This document shows positions 28,094 through 39,644 of a stretch of 64,000 bases of DNA, piece by piece. The stretch is from Promethearchaeia archaeon. GTDB taxonomy: Archaea; Asgardarchaeota; Lokiarchaeia; Sigyniarchaeales; SOKP01. Both the position numbers and the translations under genes were made by a program. Under the pieces are notes generated by a model. The model had not been told where the DNA came from. It worked only from the letters and a program-made list of their open reading frames with translations, and made no database searches. The stretch lies in assembly GCA_046483985.1 (NCBI GenBank), contig JAWOCD010000040.1:1-64000 (forward strand), given 5' to 3'. Each line of letters opens with the position of its first letter. Position 1 is the first letter of the stretch.

Positions 28094-29755
28094 ATAGTAA
28101 AAGATGTATTTACATTCATTGTTGGTGGAAAAGCAGGTGAAGGTGTAAAGAAATCTGGATTATTAGCTGCGAAATTGTTTTCAAATGTTGGAAGATATGT
28201 CTTTCAAAGAGATGACTATATGAGCTTAATTCAAGGAGGGCATAATTATTCCGTAGTAACGACAGCAAATAGACAGGTGAACAGCCAATATGGAAAGGCA
28301 GAGATAATCGTAAATTCAGACGAAAGGAGCTATAAAAAGCACAAGGACAAGTTAACGGAGGATGGGATACTTGTTTATAACTCGGATGTCCAAGAAGATG
28401 TAGAAGGATTTGGAGTTCCCTTTTCCTCCAAAGCAAAGGATTATGAGGCTGTAAAGTTAATGTATGGGGTTGGTGCATTTGCTGTACTGACTGCAGCCTT
28501 AGGTCAATCTAAAGAAACTTTAAAAGAAATAATTAAAGAAGATCTTCCAGAAAAAACATGGGAAAACAATATTGAATATACGGCTGAGATATATGATATC
28601 GTAAATTCAGAGATAGGGGGAAAGTTTGAACTCGAAGAAGGAACGCAAAAAGAACCGATCCTAACAGGAAATGAATCATTATCCTTAGGCGCAATTGCAG
28701 GAGGATTAGATTGCTATTATGCATATCCAATGACTCCAGCCTCTTCCATACTTCACTTCTTAGCAGATCATAAAAAAAAATTCAATATTTCAGTCGTTCA
28801 ACCAGAAAACGAAATCTCAGTCATTAACATGGCAATTGGCTCTTCTTTTTCTGGAGCGAAAACTATGGTTGCTTCAAGCGGGGGAGGCTTTGCACTCATG
28901 AATGAAGGATATTCTTTAGCTGGTATGAGCGAGGCTCCCTTGGTTATAGTGCTTACGAGCCGCCCAGCTCCGGCAAGTGGTGTCCCAACCTATACAGAGC
29001 AAGGCGATTTACAATATGCACTTAATGCTGGACATGGAGATTTCCTCAGAATAGTAGCTTCTCCCGGTTCTATTTCTGAGGCTTTTTATCTTACCGCTGA
29101 GTTGCTCGACCTGACGTGTCAGTTCCAATCCCCTGCAATTCTTTTAACCTCAAAACATCTCTCAGAAAGTCATATGACTGTTGATTTAGATTTAGAAAAA
29201 GCCAAATGGGCAAAATCTAAGTTATATACCGGAAATAGCGAATATAAACGCTATTTAGATACAGATGATGGTATTTCTCCGCTGAAATTTCCCCCTTCAG
29301 AACAATTGATTAAGTGGAATAGCTATGAACATAACGAATTGGGGATAACCACCGAAGATCCCGAGATGACCACTAAAATGCACGATAAACGGTACCGTAA
29401 AAGGGAAACTTTAATAGATCATATGAAAGATATGAAAACGGTGAATATATACGGAGACAGTGGTCCAGTGATTTTTACTTGGGGCTCAACTACGATGAGT
29501 GTCCTAGAAGCACTTCAATATGGAGATATCAAGGCTACTGTTGTTCAGCCCATTTATTTGCGACCCTTCCCCGTATGGGACGTAAAAAGATATGAAGGTG
29601 AACCCGTTGTTACTGTGGAATTAAATAAATGGGGTCAATTTACAGAATTTCTTAAAGGAAAGACTCAAATTCAAGTTAAAAAGCTAGTCAATCAATATAA
29701 TGCCCGCCCTTTTGATCCAATTAATTTATCAGAAAAACTAAAGGAGGTTATCTAA
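28094..29755 (+). CDS. korA: 2-oxoacid:ferredoxin oxidoreductase alpha subunit (fused gamma-alpha)
   Basis: GGKAGEGV lies upstream of the first canonical start; YPMTP, ENEI, SSGGG, GVPT. Apparent start is ATA at 28094. Confidence 0.9.
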   Translation: MVKDVFTFIVGGKAGEGVKKSGLLAAKLFSNVGRYVFQRDDYMSLIQGGHNYSVVTTANRQVNSQYGKAEIIVNSDERSYKKHKDKLTEDGILVYNSDVQEDVEGFGVPFSSKAKDYEAVKLMYGVGAFAVLTAALGQSKETLKEIIKEDLPEKTWENNIEYTAEIYDIVNSEIGGKFELEEGTQKEPILTGNESLSLGAIAGGLDCYYAYPMTPASSILHFLADHKKKFNISVVQPENEISVINMAIGSSFSGAKTMVASSGGGFALMNEGYSLAGMSEAPLVIVLTSRPAPASGVPTYTEQGDLQYALNAGHGDFLRIVASPGSISEAFYLTAELLDLTCQFQSPAILLTSKHLSESHMTVDLDLEKAKWAKSKLYTGNSEYKRYLDTDDGISPLKFPPSEQLIKWNSYEHNELGITTEDPEMTTKMHDKRYRKRETLIDHMKDMKTVNIYGDSGPVIFTWGSTTMSVLEALQYGDIKATVVQPIYLRPFPVWDVKRYEGEPVVTVELNKWGQFTEFLKGKTQIQVKKLVNQYNARPFDPINLSEKLKEVI

Positions 29756-29757
29756 AA

Positions 29758-30612
29758 ATGAAACTTGAGGAAGGTTTGGAAACATATGCAGAGAATACGT
29801 GGTGTCCCGGTTGTGGAAATTTTGGCATTTTAAAATCCGTTGAAAAGGCGATCCAAAAACTTGAAGAGAAAGGATATTCCCGAGAAAAGTTTGCAATCTC
29901 AGCCGGAATTGGATGCCACGGAAAAATATGGGATTATCTCCGGTTACATGGTTTATATTCTTTACATGGAAGACCTGCGGCAACCGTCCAAGGGATTAAA
30001 CTCGCAAATCCCGAGCTTAAGGTGATTGCATTCTCGGGCGATGGAGATGCTTTAGCAGAGGGTATATCTCATACGATATTTGCAGCAAAACGAAATTCAG
30101 ACATGAGTTTAGTCTTACACAATAACCAGGTGTATGCGCTAACAACAGGACAATTTACTCCCACAAGTGAAAAAGGATTCATAGGACCTTCTACCCCAGA
30201 GGGGAGCCCAGAGGATCCGCTAAACCCGCTATCCTTAATGCTGGAATGTAATGCTACCTTTATTGCCCGTGTTTTTCCGGGAAAATTAGATCATATGGTA
30301 GAAACACTGGTAAAAGCCATAGAACATAAGGGGTTTTCCTTTGTGGAAGTGTTACAGCCCGCTGTTGCTTATAGAAATACATGGGCTTTCTTTACTAAGA
30401 ATACGGAAATAGTTGAAGATAACGAAGATGATTATGAGAGAGCAATGGAATTAGCAAAAAGAAAGGATAAATTACCAATAGGTATTATTTATCAGAATAA
30501 AGAAAAACCTGCATTTTATGAAACTCTCCATGGGGAGCATAATCCTATCGATAATCGGATGTCAAGAGAAAAGCGGTTAAAAACAATGCAAAATTTCTTA
30601 GATTCATTATAA
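29758..30612 (+). CDS. korB: 2-oxoacid:ferredoxin oxidoreductase beta subunit
   Basis: WCPGCGNF, GIGCH, LHGR, GDGD...NN ThDP motif. Confidence 0.93.
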   Translation: MKLEEGLETYAENTWCPGCGNFGILKSVEKAIQKLEEKGYSREKFAISAGIGCHGKIWDYLRLHGLYSLHGRPAATVQGIKLANPELKVIAFSGDGDALAEGISHTIFAAKRNSDMSLVLHNNQVYALTTGQFTPTSEKGFIGPSTPEGSPEDPLNPLSLMLECNATFIARVFPGKLDHMVETLVKAIEHKGFSFVEVLQPAVAYRNTWAFFTKNTEIVEDNEDDYERAMELAKRKDKLPIGIIYQNKEKPAFYETLHGEHNPIDNRMSREKRLKTMQNFLDSL

Positions 30613-30699
30613 TCTCTAATATTTTACTTTTTTTATTATTTCAATGCAGAAGAACTTGGTATTTCTCAAAAGATTCTTGGTTTTCCAAACGTTGAAAAG

Positions 30700-30914
30700 T
30701 TCAAGAGAGTCCCCTCGTTTAATTTGTTTATCCACCTCTTGGGTTATCCTTCGTGGTAAATTATAGGTAGAAGTTAATAGAAATCGATAAGAGAATTGAT
30801 CTCCTTTATTCTATCAATAATACCTTCGGTAAGTTCTAAAGAACTTAGGTCTTGACTTCTGATTTTCTCTACCATCTGAAAAGCAGGCAACGGTACAAGT
30901 TCTTTTTCATTCGT
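30700..30914 (-). pseudogene. Amidase-signature family (GatA-like) N-terminal remnant
   Basis: NEKELVPLPAFQMVEKIRSQDLSSLELTEGIIDRIKEINSLIDFY*; start codon appears as ACG; stop followed by frameshift. Confidence 0.6.
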
Positions 30915-31073
30915 GAAATTACTTTAAAATCGGTTTATCCATTTGATAATGTATAATAAAAGAGTTTAGATTCAAAATGGGAAAGATTATTTTGAATTTT
31001 AAATTATTTGAGATATTATATGTGTCATTAAAACTCATCAAATGAATTATAAATTAAATAGTTGAGAAAATGT

Positions 31074-32564
31074 ATGACAAAAAATGATGATAAACAAAAA
31101 GCACTTCCCAATTTTACCGATAATTTTAGCGAATGGTTTAACGACGTCCTTTTTAAGGCTGAAATCATCGACTATCGATATAATTTAAAAGGTTGTGGAG
31201 TGTGGCTTGCCTACGGATATAAAGTCCGTCGCAACGTGCTTCGAATTATGCGGAATTTACTCGAAAGCACACCCATTCCTCACGGTGAATATTTATTTCC
31301 ATTACTTATTCCCGAAAAGCAATTTATGAAGGAAGCGGAACATATTAAGGGTTTCGAGGATGAGGTCTATTGGGTTACTCATGGAGGAGTTACACCTCTT
31401 GATGTGAAATTAGCGCTTCGGCCCACCTCGGAGACGGCAATTTACCCGATGATGGAAAAATGGATACGTTCACACCAAGATTTGCCACTCAAAACATACC
31501 AAATCGTCAATACTTTTCGCTATGAAGGAAAAAATACCCGGTCCCTCATCCGAGTTAGAGAGATAACCACCTTTAAAGAAGCACATACTTGTCATGCTGA
31601 TGCTGAGAGCTGTGAAGGTCAGATTCAGGAAGCAATCGGCGTCTATAAACAATTTTTTGATCAATTAGGCGTTCCCTATATCATCTCATTAAGGCCAAAA
31701 TGGGACACATTTCCAGGGGCTCAATATTCAATCGCATTTGACTGTATTTTCCCCCAAACGCATAAAGCCTTGCAAATTGGAACGGTCCATAATTTAGGGC
31801 AGAATTTTGCAAAAACTTTTGATATAACCTACGAAACAATTGACGGAGAACAAGAGTATGTCTATCAAACATGTTACGGAATAAGCGAGCGGGTAATTGC
31901 CGCACTGGTTGCCTCACATGGCGATAATTATGGAATTAAATTACCGTCACACATTGCGCCAATCCAAGTTGTTATCGTTCCCATCATCTTCAAAGAGAAG
32001 AAAGAGACTGTTTTGAAGGAATGCGTTAAAATAAGGGATGAAATAGAAGATGCAGGTATTCGAGTGAAACTAGATAAACAAGATATTCGGACCGGTAAGA
32101 AGTTTTATCATTGGGAGTTACGGGGAGTTCCCCTCCGCATTGAAATCGGACCAAGAGAATTAGATGATGAAAAAGTATGTCTGGTACGCCGTGATTCAAA
32201 AGATAAAGAATTTATTGCTCGGAGTGATGCAATTAAAAAGATAAAGAGCATGCTGGAAAAGATTCAAGAAGAAATGCGAATAGCAGCAAATACCCGCCAT
32301 AAAGAGTGGATATTAAGAACAAATGATTTACGGGAAGCATTAGCGTTTATAGATGAAGACAAAGGAATTGCCGAAATTCCCTTCTGTGGAACCGAGGAAT
32401 GCGCAAGTGTAATCGAGAAAAAGATAGAAGGGTTAACCTTTTTGGGAATCCCAGAAGAATATTTAGAGCAGTTAAATGAGGAGCCTAAAGAAGAAAAAGA
32501 ATTATATTGCGTTAATTGTTCCAAACCAGTAAAGGCATATTGGAGAATCGGAAAAACATTTTAA
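31074..32564 (+). CDS. proS: Prolyl-tRNA synthetase, archaeal/eukaryote type
   Basis: Motifs [40 protein letters not shown]-terminal Zn site. Confidence 0.97.
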   Translation: MTKNDDKQKALPNFTDNFSEWFNDVLFKAEIIDYRYNLKGCGVWLAYGYKVRRNVLRIMRNLLESTPIPHGEYLFPLLIPEKQFMKEAEHIKGFEDEVYWVTHGGVTPLDVKLALRPTSETAIYPMMEKWIRSHQDLPLKTYQIVNTFRYEGKNTRSLIRVREITTFKEAHTCHADAESCEGQIQEAIGVYKQFFDQLGVPYIISLRPKWDTFPGAQYSIAFDCIFPQTHKALQIGTVHNLGQNFAKTFDITYETIDGEQEYVYQTCYGISERVIAALVASHGDNYGIKLPSHIAPIQVVIVPIIFKEKKETVLKECVKIRDEIEDAGIRVKLDKQDIRTGKKFYHWELRGVPLRIEIGPRELDDEKVCLVRRDSKDKEFIARSDAIKKIKSMLEKIQEEMRIAANTRHKEWILRTNDLREALAFIDEDKGIAEIPFCGTEECASVIEKKIEGLTFLGIPEEYLEQLNEEPKEEKELYCVNCSKPVKAYWRIGKTF

Positions 32565-32659
32565 TATTCTTATTTAATTTTTTAAGTGGCACTTTTTTCT
32601 CTATATCATACCCACCCCTCCAATCAATAAAATGTCCATCTATGGGAAATAATAGCGCG

Positions 32660-32996
32660 TCAGTTGCTTGTTAGACTCAATCTGAAAATAATTACTCTCC
32701 ATCCAGAGCACTTGAATATAAAAAATTTGTTCCGCCCCCTTTTCGCCTTATAAATAATCTCTGTATCCAGTTTTACATAGGTCTCGGATGGTCTTTTATC
32801 GAATAAAAGCAGATAAAATTCTCCATTCTCATAAGGTTTAAGAGATAACTCTAAGATCTCCTCTTTTTCCAAGGTAGCCCCAAAACACATGGAAGATCTA
32901 TCACATAACTTGGGGAATTCCATAAACAAAAAATAATAAAAGGATCAATAAGAGAGCAAATATCAGAGTTCTAACCGATAGTTTTTTAGATTTCAT
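32660..32996 (-). pseudogene. Possible decayed gene for a secreted/membrane protein
   Basis: MKSKKLSVRTLIFALLLILLL signal-like start, out of frame with the 89-aa ORF at 32660-32929. Confidence 0.3.
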
Positions 32997-33044
32997 GGAA
33001 ACAATTGAGATATAAAAAATGTATAAGATTAAGGAAATAACAAA

Positions 33045-33542
33045 CTATTGGTTTAAAATTTTTTCTCTCGCAAAACGAGCCAAGCCATCTTTTGCTATAA
33101 TTTCTTGGAGAAATTGAGGCATTTTCCGTATCGAGAAGGTCTTATCCGTTGTGAAATTGGCCAACTTTCCTTGATGAAAATCCACCTTAATTCGATCTCC
33201 ATTATTCAACTCTTCCACCTGGTCAAATTCAATAATTGGAAGACCGATATTTATGGCATTTCGGAAAAAAATCCTTGCAAACGATGGGGCAATCACACAG
33301 TTAATTCCGGCTGCTTTAATTGCAATAGGAGCATGCTCTCTGCTGGAACCGCTTCCAAAGTTTGAGCCGCCCACCAATATAGTGGCATCCAGTTTATCCT
33401 TTTTTTCTTCAAAGTCTTTATCTAAGTCTTGAAATACATGAGCAGCCAGATGTTCGGGATCGCTTTTATTTAAATATCGCGCAGGAATAATCAAGTCGGT
33501 ATCGATATTCTTTCTTCCATATTTGATGACTTTTCCTTCCAT
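33045..33542 (-). CDS. leuD: 3-isopropylmalate dehydratase small subunit
   Basis: Motifs IDTDLIIPARYL, NFGSGSSREHA, FARIFFRNAINIG. Confidence 0.9.
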   Translation of the reverse strand: MEGKVIKYGRKNIDTDLIIPARYLNKSDPEHLAAHVFQDLDKDFEEKKDKLDATILVGGSNFGSGSSREHAPIAIKAAGINCVIAPSFARIFFRNAINIGLPIIEFDQVEELNNGDRIKVDFHQGKLANFTTDKTFSIRKMPQFLQEIIAKDGLARFAREKILNQ

Positions 33543-33571
33543 AATTTCTTCACATTTCCTTTTAATTCAAA

Positions 33572-34846
33572 TTATAAATATGCTGGTGAGGTAATATATC
33601 CTTTTATTGCTGATGCTGCGGCAATAGCTGGACTCGCTAAATAAACTTCACTTTCCTTGTGACCCATTCTTCCTATGAAATTGCGATTAGTCGTGGAAAC
33701 TGCTTTTTCTCCCGCCGCTAAGATTCCCATATGTCCGCCTAAACAAGGACCACAAGTAGGGGTTGAAAGCACAGCCCCAGCTTCCAAGAAAATTTCCACG
33801 AGGGCTTCTTTTATGGCTTGGAGATAGATATCTTGAGTTCCCGGAATGACTATACATCTTATTCCCTCATGGACTTTATTCGATCTTAAGATTTTTGCCG
33901 CAATCCGTAAATCTTCTAATCTTCCATTCGTACAAGAGCCAATAACCACTTGATCTATGGCAATTTCCATTCCATTGACCTCGGAAATTGGTTTAGCATT
34001 CTCAGGTAGATGAGGAAAAGAAACTTGAGGTTCTATCTTATCACATTCGAATTCATATTCATCCACATAGTCTGCATCTGCATCGCTCTCATATAACTTA
34101 TAATCAGTATTCTGGGTCTTTTCCAAATAACTCTTAGTTATTTTATCGGGAACGATGATTCCATTTTTTCCCCCCGCTTCAATCGCCATGTTACACATGG
34201 TGAAACGATTGGCCATAGAGAGATTTTTAATAACTTCTCCTGTAAATTCCATTGCTTTATAAGTAGCGCCATCCACTCCAATTTGCCCAATTGTATACAA
34301 AATGAGATCTTTACCAGATACATATTTAGAACGCTCACCGGAATAACTGAATTTAATAGTTTCGGGAATTCTAAACCAAACTTGACCCAATGCCATAGCA
34401 ACTCCAAGATCAGTGGAGCCAACACCGGTAGAAAATGCGCCAAGAGCACCGTACGTACAAGTATGGGAATCGGCACCAATGAAGACATCTCCCGGAGATA
34501 CCAGTGCTTGTTCGGGAATCAAGCAATGCTCAATCCCGACTCGTCCCACTTCAAAATAGTTTACAATGTTATGCTCATGGGCAAAATCTCGAAGTATTTT
34601 ACATTGTTCAGCAGAAGCGATATCCTTATTCGGGGTAAAATGATCAGGGATTAACATAATACGATTGGGATCAAACACATCTTTATCGGTTCCTTCGACT
34701 ATTTTCTCAAATTTTTGAATGGCAATAGGTGCCGTGATATCGTTAGCAAGACACTTATCCAAATCTGCTAATATGAAATCTCCCGCCACAGCATGTTCAT
34801 TATCGCAATGCTCTCTTAATATTTTTTCAGTAATAGTAAGTCCCAT
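33572..34846 (-). CDS. leuC: 3-isopropylmalate dehydratase large subunit
   Basis: Motifs [29 protein letters not shown]. Confidence 0.9.
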   Translation of the reverse strand: MGLTITEKILREHCDNEHAVAGDFILADLDKCLANDITAPIAIQKFEKIVEGTDKDVFDPNRIMLIPDHFTPNKDIASAEQCKILRDFAHEHNIVNYFEVGRVGIEHCLIPEQALVSPGDVFIGADSHTCTYGALGAFSTGVGSTDLGVAMALGQVWFRIPETIKFSYSGERSKYVSGKDLILYTIGQIGVDGATYKAMEFTGEVIKNLSMANRFTMCNMAIEAGGKNGIIVPDKITKSYLEKTQNTDYKLYESDADADYVDEYEFECDKIEPQVSFPHLPENAKPISEVNGMEIAIDQVVIGSCTNGRLEDLRIAAKILRSNKVHEGIRCIVIPGTQDIYLQAIKEALVEIFLEAGAVLSTPTCGPCLGGHMGILAAGEKAVSTTNRNFIGRMGHKESEVYLASPAIAAASAIKGYITSPAYL

Positions 34847-35128
34847 GACTAAAACCTAAAAGACAAACCAAATTGCTTAAATAATTAGATTAAAAAAGGT
34901 TTCATTCTCTATAAATTTTTTCCGAAATATCCCCAAAATCATTCTAATTTAAGAATGTTATATATCTCTGGAAAAAGTAATGATATTGGCACTTGAGTAA
35001 AGATTTATTGTCTAAATTCATTGTCTAAAATCCCAAATCTTATAATTTCTTACAGAAATTTTTTAACTTTTTATTATTTTTTTATCTTACTTTTATGGTA
35101 ATCAAATAAATAGGATGTCACGGATAAT

Positions 35129-36004
35129 TTGATACTAAAAAATTTAGAATTCGGGAAATATCATGGCTTGGGAAATGACTACATTATTATAGACTGTGAG
35201 GATTATGATATCCCTGACGAGAAAAAGGGGGCCCTTGCGAAAAAATTATGTGAGTTTCATTTTTCAATTGGCGCCAACGGGCTGATATATGTTTGTGATT
35301 CAAAACAAGCGGATATACGAATGCGAATTTTTAATGACGACGGTACCGAGGCAGAAATGTGCGGAAATGGTCTACGGTGTTTTTCTAAATATGTATTCGA
35401 AAACGGGATCATCAAAAAAAATAAAATCAAGGTAAAAACGGGTAAAGGAATTTTAGAAGCCAAGCTTTCCATTCAAGATGGTACAGTCCAGAGTGTGGAA
35501 ATCGATATGGGAACGCCAATCCTAAAATGTGAGGAAGTTCCGGTCATATCCGAATCAAGGGAGGAAAGATGTATTAACGAGCCTTTAAAAATTCTGGATA
35601 AAACGTTTCAATTCACGGCAGTTTCAATGGGCAATCCACACGCCGTAATCTTTGTGGATGAGATGTTAAATGATGAGGATTTAGAGAAATACGGATCAAA
35701 GATTGAAGTGCATGAGCGATTTCCCGATAAAGTGAATGTGGAATTTGTCAAGGTCATTTCGGAAAATGAGAGCAAATTACGTGTTTTTGAACGCGGTGTA
35801 GGAATTACGTATTCTTGTGGAACGGGAACATGCGCTTCTGTTGTTGCCGGGACCCTACTAAATAAATTTAAAAAAAATAGCCCCGTAATAGTTCATAATG
35901 ATGGAGGAGACCTTAAAATTACTTATACTGGTAAAACTGTATTTTTGAAAGGACCCATTAAAAAAGTATTTATGGGTCATATTGAACAGCTAGAAATTAA
36001 ATAG
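35129..36004 (+). CDS. dapF: Diaminopimelate epimerase
   Basis: Motifs KYHGLGNDY, EMCGNG, MGNPH, ERGVG...CGTG. Confidence 0.95.
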   Translation: MILKNLEFGKYHGLGNDYIIIDCEDYDIPDEKKGALAKKLCEFHFSIGANGLIYVCDSKQADIRMRIFNDDGTEAEMCGNGLRCFSKYVFENGIIKKNKIKVKTGKGILEAKLSIQDGTVQSVEIDMGTPILKCEEVPVISESREERCINEPLKILDKTFQFTAVSMGNPHAVIFVDEMLNDEDLEKYGSKIEVHERFPDKVNVEFVKVISENESKLRVFERGVGITYSCGTGTCASVVAGTLLNKFKKNSPVIVHNDGGDLKITYTGKTVFLKGPIKKVFMGHIEQLEIK

Positions 36005-36052
36005 AATCAATCTATAATTACAATAGATCTTTACGAATAAAGGTAGATAAGT

Positions 36053-37372
36053 GTGGAATATCAAGAGTGGTTAGAAAGAAAAGATTTACAATATGCCGAT
36101 GGAGTACTTCATATCGCCGGGATGAGCACTATTGACTTGGCAAAAAAATATGGTACTCCCTTATATGTAGTGAACGAAAAACTTATCAGAGAACGATATC
36201 GTCAGTTAAAAGAAGCCCTAGATTCCGAATATGAAAAAAATGATGTACATTTTGCCGTAAAGTCCAATTCAAATCTCTCAATATTGCAGATCTTGGACTC
36301 AGAGGGAGCAAAGTTCGATTGTACCTCTCAAGGCGAGATTTATACTTGTTTTCAAGCGGATATTGCACCGGAGAAAATCATTTACACCGGGAATATGTTT
36401 ACCAATGACAATTTAAGATATGCTTTAGACAATGATGTGATGATTAATTTGGATAGTATAAGTCAATTAAAGCGATTAGCAAAAATCTACGAAGAAAAAG
36501 GAAAAGATATAGAGAACGGAATAATCTCCTTCCGCATAAATCCAGAATTTGGTGCGGGGCATCATACGCATACAATAACGGCGGGTAAAGAAATCAAATT
36601 CGGCATTTTAGATGAACAAGTATTGGAAGCATATACATTGGCGAAAGAACTGGGATTTAAAAGATTTGGCATACATACACATCTAGGCTCGGGTATTATT
36701 GACGCCAACGATTATAAAGAGGGGATGAAGCACTATTTATCTATCGTGAAACAACTTGCTGAAGGATTAGATCTTGAATTTGAATTTGTAGATTTTGGTG
36801 GAGGGATGGGTATTCCATATAAGCCAAACGATGAGCCGTTTGAGATGGATTTATATGATGAAATAGTTATTGAACCATTTAAGAATTTGGTAAAAACTGG
36901 ACTACTTGGTGAGCCGACTCTCAAAATTGAGCCGGGGAGATTTATTTCGTGTGAATCTACCATTATTTTAACACAGATCAACACGATTAAAAACAATGGA
37001 TACAAATGGTTTGCGGGCGTAGATGCTGGTTTTAATGTATTGATACGACCGGCAATGTATGGCTCTTATCACCATATTATGGCTTGCAATAATAGAGGGG
37101 AAAATGATACCATCACTTACGATATTGTGGGGCCAATTTGTGAATCTGGAGATATTTTAGGAAGAGAGAGAGAATTTCAAAAATTAGAAGAAGAAGAATA
37201 CCTTGCGATTCTTGATGCAGGAGCCTACGGATTTACCATGAGTTCACCTTATAATTCACGGCCACGTCCGGCGGAGGTACTACTTCATGAGGGTACATCT
37301 TATCTTATCCGAGAAGCAGAATCATACGAAGATCTCTTAGAACACCAAAAAATCCCAGACTATCTTAAGTAA
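36053..37372 (+). CDS. lysA: Diaminopimelate decarboxylase
   Basis: Motifs [32 protein letters not shown]. Confidence 0.95.
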   Translation: MEYQEWLERKDLQYADGVLHIAGMSTIDLAKKYGTPLYVVNEKLIRERYRQLKEALDSEYEKNDVHFAVKSNSNLSILQILDSEGAKFDCTSQGEIYTCFQADIAPEKIIYTGNMFTNDNLRYALDNDVMINLDSISQLKRLAKIYEEKGKDIENGIISFRINPEFGAGHHTHTITAGKEIKFGILDEQVLEAYTLAKELGFKRFGIHTHLGSGIIDANDYKEGMKHYLSIVKQLAEGLDLEFEFVDFGGGMGIPYKPNDEPFEMDLYDEIVIEPFKNLVKTGLLGEPTLKIEPGRFISCESTIILTQINTIKNNGYKWFAGVDAGFNVLIRPAMYGSYHHIMACNNRGENDTITYDIVGPICESGDILGREREFQKLEEEEYLAILDAGAYGFTMSSPYNSRPRPAEVLLHEGTSYLIREAESYEDLLEHQKIPDYLK

Positions 37373-37773
37373 GTGTTAACAATTTGGTTTTTCTCGCCTC
37401 CGCTAATCTTTCCACAAGTTGATACGAAAGTTTGGCGGGAAGTGGGATCATCTCTGGAGTTTCATTGATTGCATATCCGACCATAAGTTCCATTTTCTTA
37501 GTTTTATTGAACAAAAATTTAAAATAATAGAATGTTTTTATTGTCTTGAGATAAAATTATAAATGAGAAATATTTGGGGCTTGGATACCCTCCAGTGTTT
37601 CTCGATGATGAGTCGACACAATGAAATCCAGAAATGGATTGATGAAAATGACTGACCTGCTCTGATATTTTATAATTTTATCTTTCCTTTTTTCTCAAGT
37701 TTGAGGGTGCTCCAAAATTTTATCAGCTTCCATAATTCGGAAAAAGTGAGTTAAAAAAAAAATAAAATAGGAA

Positions 37774-38604
37774 TTAAAGACCTAACACTTCTTTGGTTGT
37801 ATATATTTTATTTTCATCCGCATGAGCGATGAATTTAATTGCTTTTATCGCCCCAGAAGCGAAACATTCCCTGCTATGGGCTTGATGTTTTAGTTCAATT
37901 CGTTCGCCTGGTCCAGCGTAGAGGATCGTGTGGTCTCCCACGATATCCCCGGCTCGAATGGAATGGATACCAATCTCGCTTTTGGCTCCCACCTTTCGCT
38001 TATTGGGACCCTTTGAGCGTCCAAACTTCACAACTTCGTTTAAGTCACAACCTAGCGTATCGGCAATAATCTGTGCAAGTGTTAAAGAAGTTCCCGAAGG
38101 GACATCACGTTTTCGGTGGTGATGCGCTTCAATAATTTCAATATCCCAATCGCTTACATACGCTGAGAGGATAGAAGCCATTTTAAACAAAATATTGACA
38201 CCTGTTGCCATATTTGAGGAAATTACTGCTGGCGCATCGTTTTCTTTTACATAAGTTTGAAAGTTATCGAAAAATTCATCGGATAATCCAGTAGTCCCAA
38301 TAACGCATCGAATCCCTTTTTGTACACAAATAGAACAGTTTTTTTCCGTGGCTTTTGCAACCGTAAAATCAACCACAACATCGGGCGTTGTTTGTTCACA
38401 TATCTCTTCTAGGTTCTTTACATTGTTAATTGTAATCTCTTTGGGGTCTTCAACACCAACTACACTTGACAATGTTTTTCCTACTTCTATAACATCACAT
38501 GCAGCGACTACTTCTATTTCTTCATCTTGGAGTGCTAATTTGCTAACTAATTTTCCCATTGAACCACTGGGGCCCAAAATTAATAATTTTATCATATAAA
38601 TCAC
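37774..38604 (-). CDS. dapB: 4-hydroxy-tetrahydrodipicolinate reductase
   Basis: Motifs GPSGSMG, DFT, GTTG, EAHHHRKRDVPSGT. Confidence 0.95.
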   Translation of the reverse strand: MIYMIKLLILGPSGSMGKLVSKLALQDEEIEVVAACDVIEVGKTLSSVVGVEDPKEITINNVKNLEEICEQTTPDVVVDFTVAKATEKNCSICVQKGIRCVIGTTGLSDEFFDNFQTYVKENDAPAVISSNMATGVNILFKMASILSAYVSDWDIEIIEAHHHRKRDVPSGTSLTLAQIIADTLGCDLNEVVKFGRSKGPNKRKVGAKSEIGIHSIRAGDIVGDHTILYAGPGERIELKHQAHSRECFASGAIKAIKFIAHADENKIYTTKEVLGL

Positions 38605-38632
38605 TTCATTATTCTTATAAAAAATAAAAAAA

Positions 38633-39532
38633 TTAGAGAATGTTTAAACTTTTCAAAACTTTTTTGATCATTTCACGACTGTCCTCCACTGGAAGGGTAA
38701 GCGGTAATCGCAACCTGTCATTCATTAGACCCTTTAACCCCGCTGCATATTTTACCGGTCCGGGATTTGTTTCAATAAATAATACCTTGAAGAGATCATA
38801 TAGGTCTAACTGCATCTCTCTTGCTTTATCCCAGTTACCTTGCAACATTAATTCCGTAAATTCATGAATCCTACCAGGGATGATATTGGATGCAACGCTG
38901 ATAACCGCGCGCCCGCCCAATGCCATAATGTGGTAAGTTAATGCATCATCTCCGCTCATGACAATAAAATCATCGGGTGTGGATTTAATAACTTTAGTAA
39001 TCTGATCGATGTTCCCGCTGGCACATTTGATTCCTACAATATTATCCTTCGAATAGGCAAGTTCCGAAACAGTTTCGGGATCAAGATTACGAACCGTTCG
39101 TCCTGGGACATTATAAAGAATTATAGGGGTATTTACAGCCTCGGCAATGGCTTCGTAATGATCAATCAATGAATGTTGGACGGGTTTATTATAATAAGGA
39201 ACAACAATCAAAAGACCGTCAGCACCCGCCTCTTCTGCATATTGGCTGAGCTCAATAGCTTCTCTTGTGGAATTACTCCCCGTGCCCGCTAAAACAAAGG
39301 GATCTTTTCCGCTTTTTTTTGCTTCATCTATTGTAATATCGATTGCTTGGCGATGTTCTTTATGAGAGAGGGTTGCACTTTCTCCAGTAGTCCCCATGGT
39401 AAGTAGTTGCGCGTTGTTGTCTATTTGAAAACGAATAAACTCCCGATATTTCTCCTCATCAATTGACATATCCTCTTTAAAGGGAGTAATCATTGCGGTA
39501 CATACTCCCTTCAATTTATCTAATTTTGACAT
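38633..39532 (-). CDS. dapA: 4-hydroxy-tetrahydrodipicolinate synthase
   Basis: Motifs GTTGES, PYYNKP, LYNVPGRT, GIK, ETNP. Confidence 0.95.
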   Translation of the reverse strand: MSKLDKLKGVCTAMITPFKEDMSIDEEKYREFIRFQIDNNAQLLTMGTTGESATLSHKEHRQAIDITIDEAKKSGKDPFVLAGTGSNSTREAIELSQYAEEAGADGLLIVVPYYNKPVQHSLIDHYEAIAEAVNTPIILYNVPGRTVRNLDPETVSELAYSKDNIVGIKCASGNIDQITKVIKSTPDDFIVMSGDDALTYHIMALGGRAVISVASNIIPGRIHEFTELMLQGNWDKAREMQLDLYDLFKVLFIETNPGPVKYAAGLKGLMNDRLRLPLTLPVEDSREMIKKVLKSLNIL

Positions 39533-39644
39533 AATATATTCACTTTGTATTCAGATTCAAAATAACTAAATTAAATATTGTTAAAAATGATTTATAAGAC
39601 TTATTGCTTTATCTTTAAAAAAAATAAAAATAGAGGGTATCTTT

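Noticed and set aside
33045-34846. Homoaconitase (AAA lysine pathway) assignment because lysine genes are adjacent
   Set aside because: The neighbouring lysine genes are DAP-type, which does not use homoaconitase, so leuCD is more parsimonious. Broad specificity is not excluded.
37373-37773. Missing dapL/dapD gene between lysA and dapB
   Set aside because: Only short unassignable fragments; no aminotransferase motifs seen.
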